This document shows positions 30,796 to 39,868 of a stretch of DNA of 64,000 bases, in pieces. Under the pieces are notes generated by a model. It was not told the DNA's origin. It did not search any database and saw only the letters and a program-made list of their open reading frames with translations. The stretch is taken from positions 8,039 through 72,038 of the forward strand of contig JAQUVQ010000006.1 of assembly GCA_028693285.1 (NCBI GenBank), read 5' to 3'. The translations under genes and the position numbers were made by a program. Each line of letters opens with the position of its first letter. The stretch's first letter is position 1. Origin of the DNA: Smithellaceae bacterium. GTDB lineage: Bacteria > Desulfobacterota > Syntrophia > Syntrophales > Smithellaceae.

Positions 30796-32544
30796 ATGCA
30801 AATCCCGGGGCCAAATCCATTTTCACGTCAAGGACAGCGGGACGGTCTTTCACGATGGATTCCCCTGATCGCGACCCTGCGCGGGTATCAGCGCGGCTGG
30901 CTGTGGCGCGACCTGGCGGCCGGATTGGCGCTGACGGCCCTTCTGGTGCCGGTGGGAATGAGTTATGCCGCGGCATCGGGCCTGCCCGCCATTTACGGAC
31001 TGTATGCCACCATCATTCCGCTTGCGGCCTATGCCGTCTTCGGCCCCAGCCGCATCATGGTTCTGGGACCGGACTCCGCGCTGGTCGGCCTCATCGCCGC
31101 GACGATTCTGCCGCTTTCCGCCGGAAACCCGGAAAAGGCGGTGGCCCTGGCCTCCGTGCTGGCGGTTCTGTCCGGGCTGTTATGCATTGCGGCGGGTCTG
31201 GCAAAATTCGGCTTCATCACCGATCTTCTCTCCAAGCCCATTCGGGACGGCTACATCAACGGCATTGCGCTGACCGTGCTCGTCGGCCAGTTGCCCAAAG
31301 TGCTCGGCTTTTCCGTCAGCCCGGGCAGTTTCCTTTCGGAAATCGGAGACCTGGCGCAGGGCATCGGCAGCGGACAGATTCATCCGATCGCCTGCGTCAT
31401 CGGCCTTTCCTGTCTGGCGGTGATTCTCGGATTCCGCCGCTTAGCGCCGGCCATTCCCGGCGTGCTTATCGCCGTGGCGGGCGCGACGATTCTGGTTTCC
31501 TGGCTTCCCGGTCCCGTCCGGGAGGGAATCGCCGTCATCGGTCCGCTGCCGCAGGGTCTGCCGCAATTCCGGATTCCCGATGTGTCGCCCGCCGAAATCG
31601 GTGAACTGATTGCCGCCGCCGTTGCGATTGCCCTGGTGTCCTTTACCGATATGAGCGCGGTTTCGCGCGCGTTTGCGCACCGGACCGGCACGGAAGTGGA
31701 CAGCAATCAGGAAATCCTGGCGCTCGGCGCGGCCAACGTGGCGACCGGCCTTTTTTCAGGTTTCCCCGTCAGCAGCAGCATGTCGCGAACGCCGGTGGCC
31801 GAGGCCGCGGGCGCCAAAACGCAGATTACCGGACTGGCCGGCGCGGTGTTCGTCGCGCTCCTGCTGATCTTCGCCCCCGGCCTGCTGGCCCATCTGCCGA
31901 ACGCGGCGCTGGGCGCGGTCGTGGTGGCCGCCTGCGTTATCCTGGTGGAGATTCGGGGCGTGGCGCAGCTTTACCGGCTGCGGCCGGATGAATTTGTTTT
32001 GTCGATGGTGTGCTTCCTCGGCGTCGTTTTGCTGGGCGTTATTCCGGGCATTTTCATGGCCGTCAGCCTCGCGCTGCTGTCGTTCATCTGGCGGGCGTGG
32101 CAGCCCCATACCGCCGTGATGGGCTATGTGGATGCGCTCGGCAGCTACCACGACATTTCCCGCCATCCGGAGGCCAAATGCATGGACGGCCTGGTGCTTT
32201 TCCGCTGGGACGCCCCGCTGTTTTTCGCCAACGCGGAAATTTTCCGCAGGCATGTCCTGCGCGCGGCGGCAAACGCGCCGACGCCGACCCGCTGGGTCGT
32301 GGTCGCGGCCGAACCGATCACGGACGTGGACATCACGGCGGCCGGCATGCTGGCCGAGCTGGATGCCGCGCTGCACGATGCGGGATTGGAATTATGCTTC
32401 GCGGAGATGAAGGGGCCGGTGAAAGACCGGCTGAAGCGCTACGGCCTGTTCAACCGGCTGGGCGTCGAAAATTTCTTTCCCACCATCGAGCAGGCCGTCG
32501 AACGCTACCGCAAGCTCCACGGAATCCAGGAGAAAGAGAGTTGA
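30796..32544 (+). CDS. SulP-family anion (sulfate/bicarbonate) permease with C-terminal STAS domain
   Basis: LRGYQRGWLWRDLAAGLALTALLVPVGMSYA is the SulP signature region. Polytopic core, then STAS (LVLFRWDAPLFFANAE...). Start could be 30745 or 30796. Confidence 0.9.
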   Translation: MQIPGPNPFSRQGQRDGLSRWIPLIATLRGYQRGWLWRDLAAGLALTALLVPVGMSYAAASGLPAIYGLYATIIPLAAYAVFGPSRIMVLGPDSALVGLIAATILPLSAGNPEKAVALASVLAVLSGLLCIAAGLAKFGFITDLLSKPIRDGYINGIALTVLVGQLPKVLGFSVSPGSFLSEIGDLAQGIGSGQIHPIACVIGLSCLAVILGFRRLAPAIPGVLIAVAGATILVSWLPGPVREGIAVIGPLPQGLPQFRIPDVSPAEIGELIAAAVAIALVSFTDMSAVSRAFAHRTGTEVDSNQEILALGAANVATGLFSGFPVSSSMSRTPVAEAAGAKTQITGLAGAVFVALLLIFAPGLLAHLPNAALGAVVVAACVILVEIRGVAQLYRLRPDEFVLSMVCFLGVVLLGVIPGIFMAVSLALLSFIWRAWQPHTAVMGYVDALGSYHDISRHPEAKCMDGLVLFRWDAPLFFANAEIFRRHVLRAAANAPTPTRWVVVAAEPITDVDITAAGMLAELDAALHDAGLELCFAEMKGPVKDRLKRYGLFNRLGVENFFPTIEQAVERYRKLHGIQEKES

Positions 32545-32621
32545 GGAAATGCCTGCCGGCGGCCAACGCGGGCGTGGAACAGAACGCCGGCCGAACCTCC
32601 GGCGAGGATCGTCTTGAAAAG

Positions 32622-33680
32622 CTATGGATGTTGTTTTTTCGGGAGCCGAGACTTCGGGGACCCGAGAAAGCCGATTTCGCGGGCATAGGAAAACTGACGC
32701 CGCCAGGGTATGCCGGGATGGACGTTCTCAAAAAGGGCCGGTCCTGTCATCTTCAGGGAGGCTTCGTCCACCTCCACGGGATGATAGCCGCCGATGAAGC
32801 CGAGATCCGGATGAAGCCGGGGGTTGGCGCCCGGCAGGCAATCGCATTCCGCGACAATGTTGAGGAGGGCGTTGATGACGATGGTCCTGCCATGAATCTT
32901 TCTCCAGACGGCCGCCGCCGTCTCCACGAGCTTTTCCTGAAAATCCTTCATATCCGAATTCCAGAAAATTTCCAGTGCCAGCTCCGGGCAAAGAGCGATG
33001 CACTGGGCGCACCCGATGCACAAGGCGAGGTCATAGACGGGATAATCGGGTTTCGAGATGCGGGCGGCCCCGGTCGGGCAAACCGCGGCGCAGAGGCCGC
33101 ATCGGCTGCATTTTTTCCGGTGAAGCACGGGATGGTAATCGGCATGCATCCGCTGTTTCTGGGCGCGGGAGGCAAATCCCATGGAAATGTTTTTGATGGC
33201 GCCGCCAAACAAAGAGACCATATGTCCCTTGAAATGGGAAAAAATCACAAAGCCTTTTGCCTGTTCAAAAACGGATGCGACCTGAACGGTTTTGAAGTGT
33301 CGGTAGCCCGCGGGAAGAGAGACGACATTTCTTCCGTCCGCGCCGTCGGCAATAATGACCGGACATTTGAGAAAGTCGGACGTGTAGCCGTGATCGGCGG
33401 CGGTTTTCAGCGAATCCGCGGCGGTGCGGCGCCCGCCGGAGTAAAGGACGGTGGTGTCGAAAATAAACGGCTCCACTTTTCGAGCGCGAAGCCAGGCAAC
33501 GATTTCCCTTGCGTAGTCGCAAGGCAGGTAGCCTTTGTTGCCCCGCTCGCCCCAGTGGAGCTTGATGCCGACGGAATCGCCTGAATCAAACGGCGAGCAA
33601 AACTGGTCCAGCAGTTTCCGCAGTGAATCGACATAAGGTTTTCTTTTGCCGGCCGCGGCTTCAAAAAAGACATTCGGCAT
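32622..33680 (-). CDS. DUF362-family protein with inserted 2x[4Fe-4S] ferredoxin domain
   Basis: 352 aa. DUF362-like N-terminal region (VGIKLHWGERGN...), then CSRCGLCAAVCP and CIGCAQCIALCP. Confidence 0.75.
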   Translation of the reverse strand: MPNVFFEAAAGKRKPYVDSLRKLLDQFCSPFDSGDSVGIKLHWGERGNKGYLPCDYAREIVAWLRARKVEPFIFDTTVLYSGGRRTAADSLKTAADHGYTSDFLKCPVIIADGADGRNVVSLPAGYRHFKTVQVASVFEQAKGFVIFSHFKGHMVSLFGGAIKNISMGFASRAQKQRMHADYHPVLHRKKCSRCGLCAAVCPTGAARISKPDYPVYDLALCIGCAQCIALCPELALEIFWNSDMKDFQEKLVETAAAVWRKIHGRTIVINALLNIVAECDCLPGANPRLHPDLGFIGGYHPVEVDEASLKMTGPALFENVHPGIPWRRQFSYAREIGFLGSPKSRLPKKQHP

Positions 33681-33740
33681 GATCAGGGTCTCTGTCCTTC
33701 GCCGGCGATGCCGGCGCGAAACGTCGGGCGGAATTGCCCG

Positions 33741-34097
33741 CTAGGCGAAGAATCGCCCGGCATAGCCGGGATCGAAATTCGCGATGACGGTCCGGCGCGT
33801 TTTGTCGATCAGCGCGTCCACGTTCTCGTGGGTATAGCTTCCGGTATCGATGGGTTCGCCCACGACCACCTGAATCTTTCCGGGCCGCACGACCAGGCTG
33901 CCCTTGCGGACAAAAGAAACAGCCAGCATGGTCCAGGCCCAGATCTTCGAGAGGGAAAAACCGAGATTCCCGGTGCGGCTTAAGAGCCCCGCGGAGATGA
34001 TGGGAACCGCGAGGACGATGGTGGCGATGCCTGCCCACAGGAAAAGCCACAAAACACGGATGATGTTGAAAAGAGAGCGCATCCAGTCCATCCTCAT
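33741..34097 (-). pseudogene. Internally deleted 1-acyl-sn-glycerol-3-phosphate acyltransferase (PlsC-like) remnant; the ORF is intact but lacks the catalytic core
   Basis: The 118-aa ORF joins a PlsC-type N-terminal TM region (FNIIRVLWLFLWAGIATIVL...SKIWAWTMLAVS) directly to a PlsC-type C-terminus (RKGSLVVRPGKIQVVVGEPIDT...). No HxxxxD or EGTR motif is present. Confidence 0.5.
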
Positions 34098-34304
34098 GAT
34101 GATTCGGGTATGCGGCCGCCGGTTTTGGCTGATTGCTGATCCTTATTGTGTGCGAATCATAGTGAACGCGCCCGGGGATGTCAAGAAAATCCTGCGCGGG
34201 AAATTCCGTGTCGTGAAACGGCCGCGAAAAGGGCTGAACTCCGGACAAACCTGTGCTATAGGAATCCGGCACAGAAAAATTTGCATCAGGGAAAGGGAAA
34301 ATTT

Positions 34305-35228
34305 ATGGAACTGAAAGACATTCAAAAAGTGCTGATTCTGGGCGCGGGCGCCATGGGCCAGCAGATCGGCTTCGTTTGCGCCATGCACGGCTACCGCGTG
34401 ACCTACTACGACATTTCCGACGAAATTTTGAAGGCATCCATGAAGCGCGTGGAAAAACTCGGCTCCGCCTTTTTCGTTCCCGTGGGCAGAATCACGATGG
34501 AGCAGCTCCACGAGATCATGGGCCGCATCTCGGCGACCGCCGACCCGGCCCAAGCGGCCAAAGACGCGGACCTGGTCAGCGAATCCGTGATTGAGGACCC
34601 GAAGATCAAGGCGGAGGTTTTCGCCCGGTTCAACAAGCTGTGCCCGGAGCGGACGATCTTTACCACCAACACATCGCTCCTCATGCCCTCAAAATTCGCC
34701 GCGGAAACCGGCAGGCCAGAAAAATTTCTGGCGCTCCACTTTCACGATCTCAGGGCCAACAATGTCGTGGACGTCATGCCGCACCCGGGAACGGACCCGG
34801 CGGTGACCCAGCTCGTGCGCGAGTTTGCCGTGAGCATCGGCCAGATCGCCATCATGCTTTGCCGGGAAAGCAACGGCTACGTGTTCAACGCCATGCTCTC
34901 CAGCATCTGCACGGCCGCCATGACGCTCGTAACTTCCGGCGTGGCCAGCATCGAGGATGTGGACCGGGCCTGGATGGGAGTGATGCGCATGCCGATCGGC
35001 CCCTTCGGCATGATGGACCAGATGGGCCTGAAAACGGTCTGGCACGTCAATGACTACTGGGCGCGCAATCCCCAGGAAATTCCGGCCGGCCAGATTCAGG
35101 CAAACGCGGACTTTCTGAAAGAGTACGTGGACCGCGGCGAACTCGGCGCCAGAACGAGGAAGGGATTTTATTCCTATCCCAACCCGGCTTTTGCCCGGCC
35201 GGATTTTCTCGCGGGGGAGAAAAAATAA
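34305..35228 (+). CDS. hbd: 3-hydroxyacyl-CoA (3-hydroxybutyryl-CoA) dehydrogenase
   Basis: Internal start MELKDIQKVLILGAGAMGQQIG (Rossmann GxGxxG). SESVIEDPKIK, TNTSLL, and a C-terminal HCDH domain. Confidence 0.85.
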   Translation: MELKDIQKVLILGAGAMGQQIGFVCAMHGYRVTYYDISDEILKASMKRVEKLGSAFFVPVGRITMEQLHEIMGRISATADPAQAAKDADLVSESVIEDPKIKAEVFARFNKLCPERTIFTTNTSLLMPSKFAAETGRPEKFLALHFHDLRANNVVDVMPHPGTDPAVTQLVREFAVSIGQIAIMLCRESNGYVFNAMLSSICTAAMTLVTSGVASIEDVDRAWMGVMRMPIGPFGMMDQMGLKTVWHVNDYWARNPQEIPAGQIQANADFLKEYVDRGELGARTRKGFYSYPNPAFARPDFLAGEKK

Positions 35229-35287
35229 CGGCGGCTTTCTCCGTTTCGCGCCCCGGAGGAGAAACGATTTTTCGGGTCGGGAAAAGG

Positions 35288-35965
35288 CTACGATTTTTTC
35301 CGGGCCTGCTCCACGTCATAATCCCGCAGGCTGCGCGCCATTTCCCGTGTGGCATCGGGAAGGAGAGTGACCGGCTTCCCCGTGGACAGAGCCAGGCAGT
35401 AAATGTGAGCGATCTTTTCCAAAAGCTCCGCGGCCAGGAGCGCCTTGTCCATGTTTTTTCCCAGCGCGAGGATTCCGTGGTTCTGAATGATGCAGGCGTT
35501 GGCGCGGTTCACAAGCGTCTTTGCCACATTGGCCGCCAGTTCCGGGCTTCCCGAAAGGGCGTAAGGGGCGACCTCCACCGACTCGCCCAGCGCAAAGGCG
35601 ACTTCGTCAAACAAAACGGGAATGGGCCGGCCCAGCGCGGCAAAGATGCTGCCGTAGAGCTGATGCGTGTGCACCACGGCGTTCACATCCGGCCGTTCGC
35701 GATAGATGGCCGCATGCATTCCGGCCTCGATCGAAGGGGCATATTTCCCTTCGACGACGGCGCCCGTGAAATCAACGATGCAGATGTCGGCCGGCGTGAG
35801 GTCCGAATATTTGACGGAAGACGGCGTGATGGCCATGCCGTCATGGCCGGCGATTCTCGCCGACACGTTTCCCCCGGTGCCCCTGAGAGAGCCGAAGTAG
35901 CCGTGCTTCAAAAGCCAGAGGCTCGCCTCGAGCACTTCCTTTTGATAAGAATCATAGAGGCCCAT
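35288..35965 (-). CDS. Class II aldolase/adducin-family protein (aldolase / epimerase / decarboxylase type)
   Basis: 225 aa. GTGGNVSAR, HTHQLY (metal His cluster region), AIYRERPDVNAVVH. AAGGAG RBS. Starts 21 nt downstream of the kinase-dehydrogenase fusion gene. Confidence 0.85.
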   Translation of the reverse strand: MGLYDSYQKEVLEASLWLLKHGYFGSLRGTGGNVSARIAGHDGMAITPSSVKYSDLTPADICIVDFTGAVVEGKYAPSIEAGMHAAIYRERPDVNAVVHTHQLYGSIFAALGRPIPVLFDEVAFALGESVEVAPYALSGSPELAANVAKTLVNRANACIIQNHGILALGKNMDKALLAAELLEKIAHIYCLALSTGKPVTLLPDATREMARSLRDYDVEQARKKS

Positions 35966-35986
35966 GGTTGAACTCCTTTCCGGTTT

Positions 35987-38653
35987 CTACGACGTCATTG
36001 AAGGGCGTTTGTTTTTGGCCAGCGCCTCCAGGGTGTTGGCGTCCGGTTCGGGGCGCGGAGCCGTCCAGGAAAAAACATCCAGAACATCCGGATTGAGCAG
36101 ATACTCCGGTTTTTTCCCCGCCAGAAGCATTCGAATCTGGTCCACGGCAATAGCCCCCTGATGCGCAGCGGTTTCGATGGTGTTGCCTCCCAGGTGCGGC
36201 GTGGCGATCACGTTGGGGTGGGAGACGATCGGGTCGTCCGATGCGGGAGGCTCGCTTCGGAAAACATCCAGCGCGGCTCCGGCGATGCGGCCCGATGTCA
36301 GCGCCTCCAGAAGGGCTGCTTCGTCCACAAGGGACGCGCGGGCGGTATTGACGAAGAAGGCTCCGGGCTTCATTTGATCAAAGGCTTTCCGGTTCATCAT
36401 TCCCTTCGTTGCCTCGATGGCCGGAGCGTGAAGACTGACGATGTCGCTTATGGCCAGCAGTTCATCGAGGGATGCTTTTTTCGCGCCCAGCAGAGAGCCT
36501 TCCCCGGCGGCGACCATCGGATCGTAAAAAACAGCGTTGGTTCCGAACCGCGCGAGGCGCGCCGCGACGCAGGCCCCGACATTGCCCAGCCCGATCAGTC
36601 CGACGGTTTTTCTCCAGAGCTCCTTCCCCTGGTATTTCAGATAGGCTTCTCCCATTTTTGCCATGTCGCCCGATTGGATCTGTCCGTGTTTCAGAAAGTC
36701 GAATGACCCGGGCATTTTGCGCGACAGCATCACCATCAGCGCGACGGTCAGGTCCGCGACGGCATCGGCGTTTCGGCCCGGCGTGTTGATGACGGGAATG
36801 CCGTAAGCGGTCGCGGCCGCGAGATCGACGTTGACGGCGTTTCCGCGGCAGGTGACGATGGCCTTCAGATCCCGAGCATCGCGAATGGCCGGAAAATCCA
36901 CCACGTCCATTTCGGTGATGAAGATTTGCGCGCCGGCGAGTGCCGCGGCCAGTTCCGGGCCTCCGTCATAGAGCTTCTGCTTTTCCCTCCATTGGGCGCA
37001 GGTTGCCTTTCCGATCGCTTCGAGTTCGCGAATCGCGGCTTCATCCATCGAAGCGGTGATGAAGATATTCGGCGAAAAAGACGGGTCCGCCGCCCTGCCC
37101 GCGGCGGGTGACGGCTCGAACAGGGAATTGATCAGCAGATTTCCGACGTGGGCGTCCGTTTCGGCTCGCCGGTCGAAAGCCTGCCGCCAGCCCGCATAAA
37201 AATTCCGGTATTTTTCCCCCGCCGCGTCCGGCTGATACCGGGTCAGGGCGGAGGCCGCTTTTTCAACCCCTGCCGCCGTATCGGCAAAGATGCCCGCTCC
37301 GACGCCCGCCAGAACGGCCGCTCCGACGGACGTCACTTCCGCGGTGCGCGGGACGAGGACGGGAGAATTCGTCACGTTGGAGACGATTTGCGAAAACAGC
37401 GGGCTTTGCGACATGCCTCCGGCGACCCGCAGGTCATTCATGTTCCTTCCGGAAACGGAGGCGAGCTGTTCGAGGTTGACGCGGACGGAAAAAGCGACCC
37501 CTTCTACCAGGGCGCGGGCGATGTGCCTGCGGCTTTGGGAAGCTTCCCCCGTGATCATGTGGGAAAAGGTCAGGTTGCCCACGGGGAAGCCCACGGTTCT
37601 TCCGTCGAACAGGGCGGTCCCGAACGTGGAATAGACATTGGAAGCGCCCGGAACGGATTTTTCCGCCTCCGCAAAGAGGCTCAAAGTCGTATCTGGAGAA
37701 TCCGGATAGAGAAGATTGGCAAACCAGTCGATGACGTCGCCCGTGACCAGGCCGTTGCTTTCCAGAACGTACTGTCCCGGAACGACATGCAGGCCGCTCC
37801 AGAGGCGTCCGGTTTTGTCCAGGACCAGCTCATTCGTCACCAGTTGCAGGGGCATGGTGGTCCCGGCGATGACGGCCGCTTCGTTGTCTTTTATGGCGCC
37901 CGCACCGAGCAGGCCGCACTGGGTGTCGGCGCCGCCCGCGGCCACGGGGATGCCGGGGACCAGCCCCAGCAGGTCGGCCGCCTGCCGGGTGAGGCTGCCG
38001 ATGAGCGCTCCGGAATCCACCGGCTCCGGAAAGAGCGACCGTGCCAGCCCCAGCGAATCGATGAGATCAAAGGCCCAGAGGCGCTTTTGCAGATCGAAAA
38101 GAAGCGTTTCCCCCGCCTGGGAACGTTCGGCGACGATTTTTCCCGACAGGATAAAGGTCAGCCAGTCCGTGACGGACAGCGCCGCTGCCGTCTGCCGAAA
38201 GAGATCGGGAGCGTTGTTTTTCATCCAGAGAAGGCGCGTTCCGAGAAACAGCGGAGTAGGCCAGTGCCCGGAGACGGCATGGACTTCGCTTCCCCGTTCC
38301 GCCCCCAGCATCATGCCCTCGCCCAGGGCGCGCGCGTCCCGGTTGGGCGCGGCCAGCAGGACGTTGTTTTGCGCATCCAGGGCCACGAGGGTGTTGCGCA
38401 TGCCGCCGACGGCGATGCCCGCGATCCGGTTCGGCTTCACTCCGGCCTTGGAAAGAACTTCGCGGGAGGCTTCGCCCAGTTTTGCGAGCAGGCCGTCCGT
38501 GTCGATTCGGGTGCCCAGTCCGCTGGTGCCGGGCGCGGCGGGATGCGTCCAGTTTCGCTTTGCCGATAAGGTTTTGCCCGTTTCCGGGTCCAGCAGAAGG
38601 CAGCGGCCGGAGCCTCCCCCCACATCAATGGCCATCAGATATTGCGTTTGCAT
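35987..38653 (-). CDS. Fusion protein: FGGY-family carbohydrate kinase (N, about 500 aa) + D-isomer-specific 2-hydroxyacid dehydrogenase (C, about 340 aa)
   Basis: Single uninterrupted 888-aa ORF. N-terminal half: LMAIDVGGGSGR, GGADTQCGLLGAG, RVAGGMSQSPLFSQIV (FGGY motifs). C-terminal half: GKTVGLIGLGNVGACVA (NAD site), FVNTARASLVDEAAL, AALDVF..EP, ATPHLGG. AAGGAG RBS. Confidence 0.85.
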   Translation of the reverse strand: MQTQYLMAIDVGGGSGRCLLLDPETGKTLSAKRNWTHPAAPGTSGLGTRIDTDGLLAKLGEASREVLSKAGVKPNRIAGIAVGGMRNTLVALDAQNNVLLAAPNRDARALGEGMMLGAERGSEVHAVSGHWPTPLFLGTRLLWMKNNAPDLFRQTAAALSVTDWLTFILSGKIVAERSQAGETLLFDLQKRLWAFDLIDSLGLARSLFPEPVDSGALIGSLTRQAADLLGLVPGIPVAAGGADTQCGLLGAGAIKDNEAAVIAGTTMPLQLVTNELVLDKTGRLWSGLHVVPGQYVLESNGLVTGDVIDWFANLLYPDSPDTTLSLFAEAEKSVPGASNVYSTFGTALFDGRTVGFPVGNLTFSHMITGEASQSRRHIARALVEGVAFSVRVNLEQLASVSGRNMNDLRVAGGMSQSPLFSQIVSNVTNSPVLVPRTAEVTSVGAAVLAGVGAGIFADTAAGVEKAASALTRYQPDAAGEKYRNFYAGWRQAFDRRAETDAHVGNLLINSLFEPSPAAGRAADPSFSPNIFITASMDEAAIRELEAIGKATCAQWREKQKLYDGGPELAAALAGAQIFITEMDVVDFPAIRDARDLKAIVTCRGNAVNVDLAAATAYGIPVINTPGRNADAVADLTVALMVMLSRKMPGSFDFLKHGQIQSGDMAKMGEAYLKYQGKELWRKTVGLIGLGNVGACVAARLARFGTNAVFYDPMVAAGEGSLLGAKKASLDELLAISDIVSLHAPAIEATKGMMNRKAFDQMKPGAFFVNTARASLVDEAALLEALTSGRIAGAALDVFRSEPPASDDPIVSHPNVIATPHLGGNTIETAAHQGAIAVDQIRMLLAGKKPEYLLNPDVLDVFSWTAPRPEPDANTLEALAKNKRPSMTS

Positions 38654-38825
38654 GAGTTGACGCTCCTTGGATTGCTTGGCGAAGTATAGAAAGGCGGTTT
38701 GGACAAGTCAAGCCTTTTTGCCCTCTTGTGCCATAAAGCGCCGTCCTGCCGCCCCCTCAATTTGGCCTTTACAAAAGAGCCCCTTCCTGATTAAAGTCGG
38801 GCATCAAAGCTTCAGGAGATTTTCC

Positions 38826-39788
38826 ATGGAAAAGGCAAACCTGCCGGAAACCAACTACGATGTGATCATTCTCGGCGGCGGGCCCGCCGGCTACACGGCC
38901 GGCATCTATGCCGCGCGCGCCGCGCTGAAAACGCTGCTGGTCGAAGGGGAGGGGACGGTCAGCCAGATTACCATCACCGACATGATCGAAAATTATCCAG
39001 GCATTCCCGACGGCATCGGCGGGTTCGAGCTGATGCAGCTTTTCAAGAAGCAGGCGCAGAAATTCGGCCTGGAGATTTTGCCCAAAGACGCGACCGGCGT
39101 CCGGAAAATTTTCGATGCGCCGGTGATCTGGGAAGCGACAGCCGGCGGCCGGACATTTACAGCTTTGAGCCTGATTGCCGCGACCGGCGCGATGTGGCGG
39201 AGCCTGGGCGTTCCGGGAGAAGCGCAGTTCGCGGGAAGAGGCGTTTCGTACTGCGCCACCTGCGACGGTCCTTTTTACCGCAACCGCACGGTGGTCGTGG
39301 TGGGCGGCGGCGATACCGCCATTCAGGAAGCGCTGTTTCTGACGCACTTTGCCGACAAAGTCATCGTGATTCACCGGCGCGACCGTTTGCGCGCGGCGGG
39401 AATGCTCCAAAACCGTGCCTTTGCCGAAAAGAAGATCGAATTTGTCTGGAATGCGACGGTCGAGGAAATTGCCGGCGCCGAATTCGTAACGGGCGTGAAG
39501 GTAAAAGACGTTCAGACGGGAAAGGTCAGTGAAATCGAGGCTGACGGCGCGTTTATTTTTGTCGGCCGCCTGCCCTACACGGACCTGTTCAAAGGCCTGG
39601 TGGCGATGGACAAAACGGGCTTTATCCTGACCGATGAAAATCTGCGGACCGACGCCCCCGGCATTTTCGCGGCGGGGGATTGCCGCGCCAAGCTGTTCCG
39701 CCAGGTGGTCACCGCCGCGGGCGACGGCGCCAACGCCGTGCACAGCGCGGAGCTGTATCTGGATGAAGTCAAGGGGCAGGTGTACTGA
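38826..39788 (+). CDS. trxB: Thioredoxin-disulfide reductase
   Basis: Internal start MEKANLPETNYDVIILGGGPAGYTAG. Redox motif CATCDG, second dinucleotide site VVVVGGGDTA, FAAGDC. Confidence 0.93.
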   Translation: MEKANLPETNYDVIILGGGPAGYTAGIYAARAALKTLLVEGEGTVSQITITDMIENYPGIPDGIGGFELMQLFKKQAQKFGLEILPKDATGVRKIFDAPVIWEATAGGRTFTALSLIAATGAMWRSLGVPGEAQFAGRGVSYCATCDGPFYRNRTVVVVGGGDTAIQEALFLTHFADKVIVIHRRDRLRAAGMLQNRAFAEKKIEFVWNATVEEIAGAEFVTGVKVKDVQTGKVSEIEADGAFIFVGRLPYTDLFKGLVAMDKTGFILTDENLRTDAPGIFAAGDCRAKLFRQVVTAAGDGANAVHSAELYLDEVKGQVY

Positions 39789-39868
39789 CCGGCGGCGGTT
39801 GTCATCCTTTCCCTGCCGGGTTCAAAGAGTTTCGACCGGATTCATACTCTTTAAAAAACGGAAATCAC

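Noticed and set aside
32010-33584. 524-aa plus-strand ORF overlapping the SulP 3' end and the DUF362 gene
   Set aside because: It lies out of frame across two well-supported genes. Its composition is Arg/Gly/Pro-rich and it has no motifs.
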